Origin: Octopus vulgaris
Lineage: Eukaryota
Assembly (NCBI GenBank): GCA_951406725.2
Contig: OX597822.1
Location: forward strand, 22,320,001 to 22,384,000
DNA: 64,000 bases
Direction: 5' to 3'
Both the position numbers and the translations under genes were made by a program. This document shows positions 26,744-40,230 of this stretch, one piece after another. The notes below the pieces were generated by a model. That model was not told where the DNA came from, did not search any database, and saw nothing but the letters and a program-made list of their open reading frames with translations. How positions within the stretch are numbered: position 1 is the stretch's first letter; each line of letters starts with the position of its first letter.

Positions 26744-26969
26744 ATAGAGATATGTCAGGGAGATGAGTAATGGGGAGATGAGAGAATATCACACATGCAA
26801 GAGCAGCACTAAATATTAACTTGACATTAGATATATCATGTTGCTCAGCTTCCATCCATACTACTATTTGTTAAACTTGAATTTGTGCATTGATATATCT
26901 GTGTAAACGTACATAGGAAAAGATTCTCTCACTTGAAATCTGTTGTGTTTGTATATTCTGGTCATCATA

Positions 26970-27365
26970 CTCTCTTTACTCTTTTCAGTCATTTGACTGC
27001 AGCCATGCTGGAGCACCGCCTTTAGTCGAGCAAATCGACCCCGGGACTTATTCTTTGTAAGCCCAGTACTTATTATATCGGTCTCTTTTGCCGAACCACT
27101 AAGTGACGGGGACGTAAACACACCAGCATTGGTTGTCAAGCAATGCTAGGGGGACAAACACAGACACACAAACACACACACATACACATATATATATACA
27201 TATATACGACAGGCTTCTTTCAGTTTCCATCTACCAAATCCACTCACAAGGCATTGGTTGGCCCGGGGCTATAGCAGAAGACACTTGCCCAAGATGCCAT
27301 GCAGTGGGACTGAACCCGGAACCATGTGGTTGGTTGGCAAGCTACTTACCACACAGCCACTCCTG
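26970..27365 (-). mobile_element. Bipartite SINE (family of 6860-7248)
   Basis: Reverse-complement match along its full length. Confidence 0.88.
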
Positions 27366-27784
27366 TTTTTTTTTTCTGATTGCCAATTTAACAACTACAA
27401 GAATTTGTCATGATGAAATTTAAAGCATAGGCACTATTTACATTTTTTTTCTCCTTACCTCATGTCAAGACTTGGGTTTGTTTGAACCATGAATAGATAG
27501 TGAGCCTTTTACTGTAGTTGTTGGGGTGTCAAGTGCATGGACAACAGGGAAATAACACCTATCTTATTGCAATCTCAGTTATGAGGGCATGGAAGGTGTT
27601 GTGTCTATGGGAGTTGTTGAGATTCACAAGTCCTTCATTGAAGTGGCATTAGTGTCTCAGAGGTGGAGTCATCATGGAACCTTGTGGAGAAGAGGTGCTA
27701 CATCTGTAATTTTAGTGCAAAAGATTATCATATTTGATAACAATTTGACAGTTATTGTGTGTGTGTGTGTGTGTGTGTATACAT

Positions 27785-28163
27785 TATTTTATTTGTTTCA
27801 GTCATTTGACTGTGGCTATGCTGGAGCACCATCTTTAGTCAAACAAATCAACTCCAAGACCTATTCTTTGTAAGCCTAGTACTTATTCTATTGGTCTCTT
27901 TTGTCGAACTGCTAAGTATGGGGATATAAGCACACCAACATCGGTTGTCAAGCGATGGTGGGGGGGGGGACAAACACAGACACACAAACACACATACACA
28001 CATACATATATACGACAGGCTTTCAGTTTCTGTCTACCAAATCCACTCACAAGGCTTTGGTCGGTCCGAGACTATAGTAGAAGACACTTGGCCAAGGTCC
28101 CACACAGTGGGACTGAACTCGGAACCGTGTGGTTGGTAAGCAAGCTACTTACCACTCAGCCAC
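27785..28163 (-). mobile_element. Bipartite SINE (family of 6860-7248)
   Basis: Reverse-complement match along its full length. Confidence 0.85.
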
Positions 28164-28172
28164 ATATATATG

Positions 28173-28224
<52 letters not shown>

Positions 28225-28813
28225 ATGGGAGTGAGATATGAAATATTTAGTTGCAAATATGAAGAAAATAATGAGGAACAGATGTCAGAAGTGTGTAACA
28301 TATTAGTATTAAATAGTTAATAAGTTCTTCCTTGAATAGATATTCTATTATACAATGGAAACAGACAAAGAAATAGTTGATATATTCAAATCAGTAATAC
28401 ATCATTGTTTTATTGTTATTTATTATAGCTTATTTTATTCACTCTGCAGGAATCAAACTCGGAAACGTGTAAGAATGAATTAAGTGTTGTAAAATATTTT
28501 AGTTTAGCTGGTTGTCATTTCTACTAACAACACATCTCTAACTCTTGGAAATAAATAATAAAATATTAGCAGAAGGCGTATGAAGACAGAGGCCAATGAC
28601 ACACAAGTTATGCAAGAAACAAAAATCTTTCAAATCTATAGAAAATGGTGTATTGACTGACTGCCAGAATATATTGATTTTCAGAAATAAAAGAAAAAAA
28701 AAACTATTTATCTTCTTAACAATAAAAGTCCAAACTAATCTTTACATTGTTTTATATTTCCTTCAAATTCATTCTATATATATATAAATTTCTATATTTG
28801 GTTTCATTTCTAG

Positions 28814-28869
28814 ATATTTCAGCCGGAAGACAGGACTATACTTCTCCATGATTTATCCTGTATGGCCAG
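28814..28869 (+). CDS. Probable 56-nt internal exon of an M1-family aminopeptidase (ERAP1-like C-terminal domain)
   Basis: Acceptor TTTCATTTCTAG| and donor CAG|GTAAAG; phase-0 reading IFQPEDRTILLHDLSCMA(R) resembles the xF.P.DRA.LI.DAF.LAR motif of aminopeptidase A/N. Neighbouring exons not found; a second frame (YFSRKTGLYFSMIYPVWP) is also open. Confidence 0.55.
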
Positions 28870-29291
28870 GTAAAGTTTCCAAAATATTTTTATAACATTC
28901 CTAAAAAAAAACAATCTCTTAATCTGAGCTACTTACATCTTTATTATCAACTTTGCTTCAGTTTATATTTCAATAATGACAGTGTTGTAGCAAATAACAT
29001 TTTAGTTGTTTCCCATTGACTTTTGCATAAACAACTTATTGATTCATTTTTCATATTGTGTTTTCTACCATGGCTAAAAATTTGGGATAAAACAATTGTA
29101 ATTCAAAATATTGTGAACACAGGATATATTTCTCTTTCTAAAATATCTATGTATTATGCTCCATGAATCAGAATATTTTGTATTGTGTCCTCTAATTAAA
29201 TGTATGAACCGATAAATATATATGGTCTATATATGTTTTTTGAAATATATTTATCTCCCAGCATTGTTAAGGTTACTGGAAGAGCACTTAA

Positions 29292-29512
29292 CCCTTTAGC
29301 ATTTAAACCGGCCATATCTGGCCAGAAGTATTCTGCCTGTTTTATGTTCAAACTGGCCAGATCTGGTCTCTCACACTAACCCTACAATATCATTTAAAAA
29401 ATTAACAGCTACCTCATCATAATCTCATATCTACAAGATAATGCATGATTAGTTCAAAGTAATGTGGATAAAAAAGCATTAATTTTGGCAGAATAATGCG
29501 AACACTAAAGTG
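29292..29512. mobile_element. piggyBac-like MITE
   Basis: TTAA at 29288-29291 and 29513-29516; imperfect TIRs CCCTTTAG../..CTAAAGTG. Confidence 0.7.
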
Positions 29513-31430
29513 TTAAAGTATATGTGGTATGATATCGATATATACACAGTTCCTTGTTTGAAAAATGGATAAGGTTTAGAAACCAGAAGGGCAACTAGCT
29601 GTAAAACCAATGCTGCAACAATATAAATTTATTTAACACAGGGTAACATGGTAATTCAGATATAAAATGAGTGAGCATTTATACAAATTCAAATGTGAGT
29701 TATACAAAAGAATAAGTTATTTTGTATTATCCTTACTGTTGAAACCACATGCTATTTTCCAGGGATATGACTTTTCATTGAAGAATTCTGTTAATTGGAT
29801 TGAAGAATTCTTATAATGATACAATTCCAGCTAATAAGTTTTACCTATTTTGCGTGTACTTTTCCATAAGTAAAATACTGTTTCATATTTTGTATTGTTG
29901 TATTTTGGGTTGGTTCTCTTTTTCTTTTTTTTACCAAATAAACACATGCACTATATATTGTTTATTAGTGTTCTTATTCTAATTCATCTCTATTGTCCAG
30001 AAATCTTTCACCACACATCTTTGACCTCTTCAGCAACACTATCCATCCTCATGTGTGCTCTTACTCAGCTTAGTACCAAAGAGATTTGAAACTGAAAATG
30101 TCCTGTATACATTTTTTCATGTTTACATCTAATTTTCTATGCTAGCATGGGTTAGATGAATATACACTATTGCAGCATTACTTTACTACTAGCTGACTGC
30201 CCTTCCTATTGATAATCTTTATCTGCTTTTCAAGTAAGAGGCAGATCTCACACACTTTTGAAAGCACAGAACCTACTGATTTGTTGGCAGGGAAATGAGC
30301 CTAGAGCTCAGAGATTTTTCATGTACAGCACAAGAATGAAACCATTTGCACAGATTTACACACATACATACTCAGCTACAAACCTGTATACATAATAGTC
30401 TTCTACTCAATTCATTCTAATTGTGAAGTGTAATGGGTCCATTTCATTATAGCATTGACACCAGAGAGATAGTCATGTCCTCAACAAGGCTGAAGAGTTC
30501 ACTCTTACCTACATATCTCCATTTCTTTGCCAACCACTTTATAAAGTATATTCAGTGTATTTTAGTTTGGCATTTTTGGCTTTGAGAGATTGCTTTGACT
30601 TTTGGATGCCTAAAAAGTTTGCACTATATTTTGTCACTTGTTCATGTCATATGTGAGCAAGAAGATTACTGGAAGATAGAGCAGCAAGCAAAAGAGTAAC
30701 TGAAGAGCAACGAGAGAAAGAGAGAGAGAGAAAGAGAGAGAGAGCTTGCTGATTGTTGGTAAGATGATATAGAAAACAGTATGAGTGAATGGTAGTGGAG
30801 GAAGACAGAGTAATGGAAGTGAGAAAGTATGACGTATATGAACATATCCAAGTCCCACAATGCATTGAGGTCTAAGGATATCACTTCAGTATTCTCATGG
30901 AATATATCTAAAATACACTATCCATCCATCTCTGAGTGATGAATTCAAGAAATACTAAATTTCTCAAATAATATCCACAATAAAAGACATGTTAGATGGT
31001 GTAGTCTTAGACATACTCTTATGGCTGGAACATGTTCGGTCGCTGGTTTGTTCAGTCAAAGTTAATGTAGGACTAACCAACAACAACCAATAGACTTGAA
31101 TCTCTTTTCTTGAAGACCATGTTGTATTTTACTTAATTTTTTTCTTCTTCCTTGGCACTCAACCATTAATGACTCCTTTGTTTCACATTCTTGCAGACAT
31201 TGTCTATATTTAGGCTGACAGGGTACAAATGAAAGAAACACTAATGCAAGGGCTATTGGTCAACCAATATGACACAAAAAGAAAAAAAGTTCTTTTTCTA
31301 ATTCCACACAAGACCTAATTACAGTTAATAGAATTTCTTTGGAGAGAAATTAACAAATGTTGTTACCAAGAATAAGATAGAAATAGCACCAAAGATCTAG
31401 CCATCGGTTGATGTGCTTAAGACTAATAAT

Positions 31431-31465
<35 letters not shown>

Positions 31466-31649
31466 TAATATAACATACAGAATATGTATAACATACAGAA
31501 AATTGCACTACTGGCCATTGCACACATCCTATGCAAAACACTTTCAATACAGTAACTATCAGAGCATCATAACAAATCACAGCACATGCCCAAGGCACTC
31601 AGAGCTGTGCTCGGTAGTGAAGTGAAAGCACGCTATAAAAATAAAACTA

Positions 31650-31684
<35 letters not shown>

Positions 31685-32133
31685 CAACAATAACAATTGC
31701 CCTGATGCAGTACCAGGCACTGGTTCTCATGGCTTCTGATCTTAACTGATTGGAAGTGTTGTCATGTACATGATTTGTCTTGGTATAAAAGATGGGCTAC
31801 AACAAATGTTCTGCTCAATACACAGATTTGCTTGTCAGTTGCTCGACCTTAACCAATTGAGCATGTCCCTTGGTGGCTGACCATGTGTGCATCTCTGATC
31901 ACAAGCAGAAGTAGTTGGGAAGCATTATAGTCATGTGTTGAGAGGAATTCTTTTGAATAATTCACCTCTGGAAACATGGGTGTTTTGTTACTTGACCTGA
32001 AGAAAATTCTAACTGGGTCCCACCTGATATGTATCTGGTGTACCCTTATCAGATGGGTAGTTATGTTGGGTAAACTAGACTTCATATATTTGAACCCCAG
32101 TGTCACTTTGATGGCTTATACTATTCTCTCAAT

Positions 32134-32136
<3 letters not shown>

Positions 32137-32188
<52 letters not shown>

Positions 32189-32209
32189 TTAATAATGATA
32201 ATAATAATG

Positions 32210-32240
<31 letters not shown>
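32137..32240. repeat. (AAT)n microsatellite
   Basis: Directly visible; shorter tracts at ~31425-31470 and ~31653-31695. Confidence 0.95.
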
Positions 32241-32241
<1 letters not shown>

Positions 32242-32242
32242 T

Positions 32243-34560
32243 GTTTAACGTCTGTTTTCCATGCTGGCACGGACGGTTTGACTGATGTCTAGAAAGCTAG
32301 CAGCTGCAACAGGCTCCATTCTGATCTGACAATGTTTCAACAGCTGGATACCATTCCTAATGTCAATCACTCTGAGAGTGTAGTGGGTGCTTTTTATGTG
32401 CCACCAGCACATGGAGCCAGTCAGGTGGGCCTAGCATCGATTATGTTTGGATGGTGCTTTTTACATGCCACCGGCATGGGAGCCAGTCAGGCAGTCCTGG
32501 CATAGATCACATTCAGATAGTGCTTTTTATGTGCCACTGGCATGGGAGCCAGTCAAGAGGCACTGGCATTGACCACATTTGGATGATGCATTTTATGTGC
32601 CACCGGAACGGGGGCCAGTCAAGAGGCACTAGTCACAGCTACGATTTTGATTTTATTTGACTCAACAGGTATTCTCAAGCATATCACATCACCCAATGCA
32701 TCAGCCTTGGCTGTGATCTCACTTTAGTTGCCAGGTCTTGTCAATCACAGCATATCTCTAAAGGTTTTGGTCTCCTGTCATTGCCTCTGTGAGGCCCAAC
32801 TTTCAAAGGTCATGCTTCACCACCTCATCCCATATCTCCCTGGGTCTACTTCTTCCACAGGTTCTTTCCACAGTTAGGGTGTTGCACTTCCTCACACTGC
32901 TGTCCTCATCCATAAGTAACATGACCATACCAGTGCAATTGTCTCTCTTGCACACCACATTTGATGCTTCTTATGTCCAACTTTTCTCTCAGAGCACTCA
33001 CACTCTGTTGTGTATGCGTACTGACATTTCGCATCCAGCAGATCATACCAGTTTCATTTCTTTCAAGCCTACGCATGTTTTCAGCAGTCATGGCCGTGTA
33101 GCATGGCAGATCGCACACATGCATCATACAGTCTACCTTTCATCCTGAGCAAGAGGCCCTTAGTTGCCAGCAGAATAAGAATAGCTTGGCACAAAACAAA
33201 ACTGCATCTCATCTATGCTAACTTTCTCCCTAATTAGTTGGGCTATGATCCTCTCTGTAACTTTCATCACCTGATCCAATAATTTGATACCCCTGTAGTT
33301 ATTTCTATCTAAAGCATCACCATTACCCTTGTAGCAGTTGACTATGGTGCTGCTACACCAGTCATTGGGTATGACTCCTTCATGAACTACCTGATTTATG
33401 ATGCGGGTGATAAGACCATAATCCACACCATACAATATTTTAAACATCTCAGCAGTGATTCCTGATGGGACAGGTGCTTTCCCTGTCTTCATATTCTTAA
33501 TTGCTTTATCTACCAGGGTACTATCTATTCAGATAGCTGGTCAATCAATTGCATCAACCATTGGCAAGCTCTCTTCCTCCCATTCATTCTCCACATTCAG
33601 CAGTCTTTCATAATAGCAACTCCAAGCCTCTTTCTTTGCAGAATCCTTAAATGCAAGAGCACCGTCATCCATGCAGATACATTTCTCTCCTATGACATCC
33701 TGTTTTCTCTCACTCACTGTCATGCAACCCAAAATACTTCATTTCTTTGGTCCTCGCATTATTGAACATTGGCAAACTTCTTTTCTGCTAATCCCTTGGC
33801 TATATATACCTGTCTCCTAGCTTCCTTTCTGGCTATCTGATACAGTCCCCTGCTACCCCCACTCTTCCAAGCCTGTTTCTTTGCTCTAATGGCCCTGTCT
33901 ACTGTATTGTTCCACCACCATGTTACCCTACGCCTGGAAGGGACTTTGCACCAGACACTGATTTGGTCTGTGGCACTCAGCAAGCTGACTTGCAGGAATT
34001 CTCAACTGCCTTCTATGTCACAGGACTGTAGCTCCTCTTCCCTCTCTTCAAATTTCTCAGTAAGGATATCCCTAAATCTCTGACCATGTGAAGGTTCTTA
34101 AGCTTCCAAGTCCCTTTTTTCCAGATTGGTTTGCTTTTTGGCATCCTTCTGGCCTCGAGTCTAAAGTGATTAATAATAAGTCTATGCTGGAGAGTACATT
34201 CTTCACCAGGGAGGGTCTTTGTATTTAAGAGCAACCATGCATCCCACTGTCTGGTGAGAATGAAATCAACTTGGCTAGCAGAGTCACCTGACTGGTAGGT
34301 TATTGGATGGCTGGCTGGCTTTTCTCTCAAAGCACTTCCACTCTGTCGAGTATGCACACTGACATTAAACATATAGCGGAGCATACTGGCTTTGTTCCTT
34401 ACAAGCTTACACAGTCCTCAGCAGTCACGGCCCATGTTTCACTGTGATGTAGCATGGCTGTTCATACACATGCATCATACAGTCTTCCTTTTACTCTGAG
34501 CGAGTGGCCCTTTGTCTCCAGCAGAGGTAGGAGCTCTCTGAACTTTACCCAGGCTATACA
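32243..34560 (-). mobile_element. Internally deleted, composite RTE LINE
   Basis: ORFs 34013-34384 (endonuclease end SQVDF/QHRL), 33759-33983, 33541-33732, 33160-33492 (NYRGIKLL) and 32906-33127 (LHWYGHV) plus 3' UTR; the YADD core is missing. Confidence 0.9.
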
Positions 34561-34564
34561 TCCA

Positions 34565-35345
34565 GAGACACAAGCTAAATGGAAATGGAGGCTGTGGATG
34601 CTCAAGGATCTTTTGAACAGGCAGAGATTGAGAGATGTCCTAAAGGAGGCCTTTGATGAGAAGAAGGGAGAGATAGAAACATATGACATAGAGGACAATT
34701 GGAAGTTCTGACAGGACAATCTACTAGGGCAACAGACCAAATTTATGGTTGGAGCAAAATCTCTGCCTGACCAAGGGTAACGTGGTGGTGAGACAATGAC
34801 ATTGGCAGGGCCATAAAAGAAAGAGATGTGTCTGAAAAGAGTGGAAAGGAGTGGGTAATTAAGAAACCTATCAGAAGGCTAAACACTAGGTTTATCTAGC
34901 TAAGGTAGAAGCAAAAAGAAAAGAGGTTTGCCAAAGTCTTACAGCTTGAAGGTGAAAGACTTGAAGTGTTCTGGATTGCTAGACAGTGTGTCAGTGAGAA
35001 TTGAGACGTTGTGGTAGAGAAGTTTGTGTGGACGGATAATGATATGCTTGCGCTTAATGATGTGGACAAGAAAGAGGCATGGAAAAGCTATCCTAGTGGA
35101 TAGCTTTGAACTCATATTTGCCCTCGTAGCAGATTCCATATCAGAGCTACAAGAGAAATTCCAGGTGCAGAAGCAAAACCTGGAGTCTAAGAGCCTTAAG
35201 GTTAACTTAGCAAAGACTAAAGTCCTAGTCAGCAAAATAACTAACAGGACCCTATCCACTTAAAGGTAGGTGGCCTTGTTTGATTTGAAGGGAAGTTGTA
35301 GGTAGGAACTCCATACGGTGTACCTAATGTAAGTTATGGATGTTC
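34565..35345 (+). mobile_element. Degraded RTE fragment, opposite orientation
   Basis: WKWRLWMLKD..IEDNWKF and ALVADSISELQEKFQV..KVNLAKTKVL align to the RTE ORF. Confidence 0.85.
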
Positions 35346-35799
35346 GTGTTTCTGTGTCTGCGTGTGTGTACCTCAGTCTCTTTGTGCATGCATGTTGAAG
35401 TGTTTCTATGTGTATAGGTTTGTATGACTATGTACATACATCTGTTATGTATGGATGCGTGTTTCCATATGTGTCCTTGTGTGTGTATGAAGTGTGCATT
35501 TGTATATGGTCATGTGTTTCAGTCTACTTTTGTGTATGTATGTATGTGTTTGTGGGTGTGCCTGTCTGTCCATATTACCTATGCACCTATCTATCTGCTT
35601 GTTTATCTGTTTACTTACATATCCATTTACTTATATATATATGTATGTATGTATGTGTGTGTGTGTCTGTGTGTGTATATGTAGACATATATATATATAT
35701 ATATATATATGTCTACATGACACCCTACTAACAAATCTACCTGTATATGTATAAACTGTGGATATTGGGATATCACTACCTTCTACATATATCTCCTAT

Positions 35800-36320
35800 T
35801 TAGTACTGGGATGTTTCATTTATGAGGACGTACTTCTGTGTATGTCTGAGTGTTAGGTCCATTGGGTGCTCAGATAAAATGTGAATGTCAAGTCGACCCA
35901 GTGTGCCTCCATATTGGTCTTTGGCATGTTGGTAGAGTATGAAGAACTGTTTTTTGTCATCATATTGCCTCTAATGTTCATTTAGTCTCTCCGCAATGTT
36001 TCTAGATGTCTTACCAATATACATCATGTTTTTGTCTCTACAAGCACCCTCTATGCACCTTATTTTGCACACTACATTTCTACTTCTACAGTTAATTCCA
36101 GGATTAATACTATATACCATGCAGTTCTCATTGGTGCATGTGGTATTCTCAAAGTGGCACAGCCTACATAATTGTGATCTGATGGAGCTCCCTGGCTTTT
36201 CAACAATCTTAATGCTGAATTTGATCTCCTTCAAAGCATTCCTAAATATTTGGTCCTAGTTCTCCATGGGCTGTGGCCTCTACAAACATCATTCCTTGAT
36301 ATTTGTCAGTCTTGTAACAT
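35800..36320 (-). mobile_element. Penelope-like element fragment (GIY-YIG endonuclease)
   Basis: ORF 35971-36234: Cys-rich linker then NVV(C)KIRC..C....MYIGKTSRNIAERLNEH, the GIY-YIG signature of PLEs. Confidence 0.8.
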
Positions 36321-37496
36321 GTGGTCACCCTGATTGCTTTGTCAAAAACTGGAATAGAATACAGCATTATTTGAACTTAGATCACAAAGTGTCAGAACAA
36401 ATTTCTCAAAGCACGTTATCTAACTAATGACTCAGATGATGTACCACTCAAGGTATTGATTTACTGATTTTCAAACATACAAAATGTCAACAATATCGAT
36501 CTCATCAGTCGTGGTGAGCATGTAAAAGTAATGGACACTGTCCTTTCCCTCTAGTTAAATCTTTATACTCCCACCACCAAAACAACCCCACTAAATGCTA
36601 TTTAACATTTAATATGGCATCCACCATTCTGTGAATTCCCTATCTTTGCCATTAAAGAACAGATAATCCTGCAATCATCAGCTGTCAGTTATTTGCAATC
36701 ATCTTGTCACAAAATAATTACAGCATATTCTAGAATTTTGATAGAAATATCATTTCCACCTGATACTTCATTAGGCATTATTCTTTGTAACCCAACTCTA
36801 GGCTCTGGTCCAGTACTTCATGTACAATGTTGACAACACTAACATTGATTTTTAAAGCTACAACAATAGAAATTACCCGGAATCAATTAATCTGTCACTG
36901 CTGTGATAAGTTGATCTTTTTGATTGCGTAACAGTAACAAAACGCACCTATCAAACCCACCGGGATCATCATGGTATTAAAAAATACCTGTTACTCTAAA
37001 TTAGAAAAAGGTAAACAATTTTTATTACCTTAGTATTTGAAATGATACATAATATCAGAATGTTTTCACATATAAATTTCATGTCATCTATTTGTGTTCA
37101 ATTATTATCAAGATATAATAACTTTGTACTGGAATGGCTCTGAGCTACTTTCTACCTTTTTATAAAATTTCAGTAATGTGCTTCTTTTAAATTTTGCACG
37201 AAGCATAAGCAATTGGCTATAAAGACCCTTGTATTGCTTTGTCAGGCTCTTGGTACAATTTCTTTCATTTCAACACTGGTTTTTTTTTTACTGATTTGCA
37301 TGTTTCAAGACTGATCAACAGTCACTTCAAAATGACTAGTACTCAGGGTAGTAACTCACTATGAAAGCATCATATGCGGAAAATATTTATGAATCATCCA
37401 TGAGGACATTTGCCAAACAATATGTCAGTTCTATTGTGTAATCTGAAACTATTACAGAGTCTGACAGAAGAACCTTATGGCAAACCTAAACTTATA

Positions 37497-37564
<68 letters not shown>

Positions 37565-37569
37565 CATAT

Positions 37570-37880
37570 AGTGGTTAGGGTAGCGAACTTGTGGTTGTAG
37601 GATTGCGGTTTCGATTCCCAGATCAGACATTGTGAGTGTTTATTAAGTGGTGGTGAACCCTGCTGTACTCTTTCCCCACAACTTTCTCTCACTCGTTCTT
37701 CCTGTTTCTATTGTACCTGCATTTCGAAAAGCCTGCCTTGTCACACTCTGTGTCATGCTGAATCTCCCCAAGAACTACATTAAGGGTACACGTGTCTGTG
37801 GAGTGCTCAGCCACTTGCACATTAATTTCACAAGCAGGCTGTTCCATTGATTGGATCAACTGGAACCCTTGTCATCGTAA
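37570..37880 (+). mobile_element. tRNA-derived SINE (degraded)
   Basis: GTGGTTAGGGTAGCG head with B-box-like GTTTCGATTCC; CTCTTTCCCCACAACTTTCTCTCACTC shared with the 12854 family. Confidence 0.7.
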
Positions 37881-39194
37881 TCAGCTCACTAAATATCAGC
37901 TGTGCTGATCCTGCCCATGAGAAAGGAACAAATAATACAATATGGCTGTGTGTCATAACACCTGGGCAATGCCAGGATACACTACTAGTATATATATATA
38001 TATATAAAATATAAATTAGACATAAAACCATTATCATGCAACTCAAACAGTGACAGACATAAACCAATATATAAATAACAAATAATATATATTTCTATAA
38101 AACATATACCTTACAACTAGATCTCAAAAAGTATAAAAATGAATGATCAATTTATAATATATTAATTAAAATATCTACGTACGTTTCATGGCTACAATTA
38201 AATTTTATATTAATCAAAATGTTTTTGTATTAATTAAAATGTATTTATATTACATATTTCAAAGTAGATTTATTTAGATGTTTATTTAATTAATTAATAT
38301 TATATTAATGAATTTTGATTACATTATAGTTTTTTAATTAATTTAGTTTATTAATTAGTGGTCATAATATAGATAATGATTGAATTACTACTGAGTTAAT
38401 ATTGAATGTGTCTAAAAGTTGTTTTATTTAAATAAAGATTTGACTCCAACGTAACCATATTTTTTATATATATTTATATATTTGAAATAAATTAATTTGT
38501 ATAAGATTATTAGAGAATATACAGTAAATAGTAGTTATATAAATTATTTTAATTTATAGAGTTCGAGTATAATTTATTGTAGTTAATTATAAATTTTAGG
38601 TTTATAGTGAAAGATATTATAGAGTATAGTGATTATATTCTCTATTAGTGACTTTGTTCTCTTTATCTATCAAAGCTAAAATATATTTGTAGTTTTCATT
38701 GATAAAATATATTTGTAATTTTCATTGTGAAAAGAATTTTTCCATCTGTTTATTCCATTTCTGTTAATAAGGTAATTCCACAAGTTTTCTTATAAACGCT
38801 TAAAAAGACGTTTACCATTTTGAAATTTTAGTTAATGACATGGTTTTGGAGAGTTAAGTAAACTTTTTTATTCAGGAAATTTTATTTTAACTATTGATTG
38901 TTAAATTTGAATCTATAATTATTTTAGTTGTTTATGATAATTTAGATATGTATATATTTATTTAATTATTATTAGTATATATTAATCATTATAACTGTAT
39001 GTAAATTGTTAGTCACTGTGGTATATAGATCATAAAATAGTCATACGATTTTTTAAAGATAGGTTATACGTTTTTAATTTGATTTTTAATTTTTAAATTG
39101 TATTTCATAAATATATTCTATAGATATTTATGATATTTATATACTAATGGACTAATTTATTTATTTTTGGTTATATGTTTATATATTTATTGAT

Positions 39195-40230
39195 AGAGAA
39201 AACTGCACTGGTATGGTCATGTGATGCATATAGACAGCGCTGGATTAACCATTAAGCAAAATAAGCATGTGATTAGGGCATCAAGGGAAGGAGGGGACAT
39301 CATAGAAATGGTAAATGGTTCACGGCAGAAAAGAAATCCCTTTAAACTTGTTTAAATAATATTCGGGATACCTTTATCTCTACAAAGTATAGTTGCAGGT
39401 GTGTTATCTAAGATTAATTTTGAGAGTCTGATCAAAGACTTTGCAATTCAAAAAGGTAGGAGGTAACTTCTCAAATATAAATAAATAAGTAGAAATATGC
39501 AAAAATAAACATTATTTTCCCTCTTACTGTTTTGTTTTGTTTTGAAAAATAGAAATTTATTTTATGATTTGTTATTGCTTATATTTTGGATTAGATAATC
39601 TTTTATGGGGGTGCTTAGGGCCTCGATGGGTCTTAATCCAGCCCTACATCTAGACAAGGACAATTGTGTATATAAGTGCCGATCTCTAACCATGGAGGGA
39701 ACCAGTTGTAGAGGTAGACCAAGGAAGACATGGGATGAAGTGCTGAAGCAAGATCTTTGAATTTTGAGCCTCACAGAGGCAATGACTAGTGACCGAGACC
39801 TTTGGCGATATACTGTGCTTGAGAGGACTCATCAAGCCAAGGGAAATCATAGTCATGGCATATATTGGTGTCATGTAACTGACATGCTTTCTGGTGGCAT
39901 GTAAAAGCATCGTTGGAGCCTCAGGCCTCACAGAGGCAAAGTGGCTGAGTTCCTTTCTAGTGTTGGGCCTCACAGAGGCAATTACCAAGACCTTTGGCAT
40001 TATGTTGTGCTTGAGAAGAAGACCCATCAAGCCAAACAAAATGGTAGTTGTAGCTGATACCAGTGTCACGCAATTGGCACCCATGCCGGTGGCATGTAAA
40101 AGCACCTATTATACTCTTGGAGTGGTTGGCATTAGGAAGGGCATCCAGCCATAGAAAATCATGCCAAATCAGATTGGAGTCTGGTGCAGCATTCCATCTT
40201 ACCAGTCCTGGTCAAACCATCCAACCCATA
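39195..40230 (+). mobile_element. RTE 3' end (RT C-terminus plus 3' UTR) interrupted by a MITE
   Basis: RKLHWYGHVMHI|DKDNCVYKCRSLTMEG..RGRPRKTWDEV rejoins across the insertion. Confidence 0.85.
39235..39646. mobile_element. hAT-like MITE
   Basis: 14-bp TIRs CAGCGCTGGATTAA / TTAATCCAGCCCTA (12/14 match); 8-bp TSD CATATAGA / CATCTAGA. Confidence 0.82.

Noticed and set aside
36381-36452. Peptide RYLTNDSDDVPLK resembling the next aminopeptidase exon (YL..E..Y.PW)
   Set aside because: Splice phase is incompatible with the 28814-28869 exon and key residues are missing.
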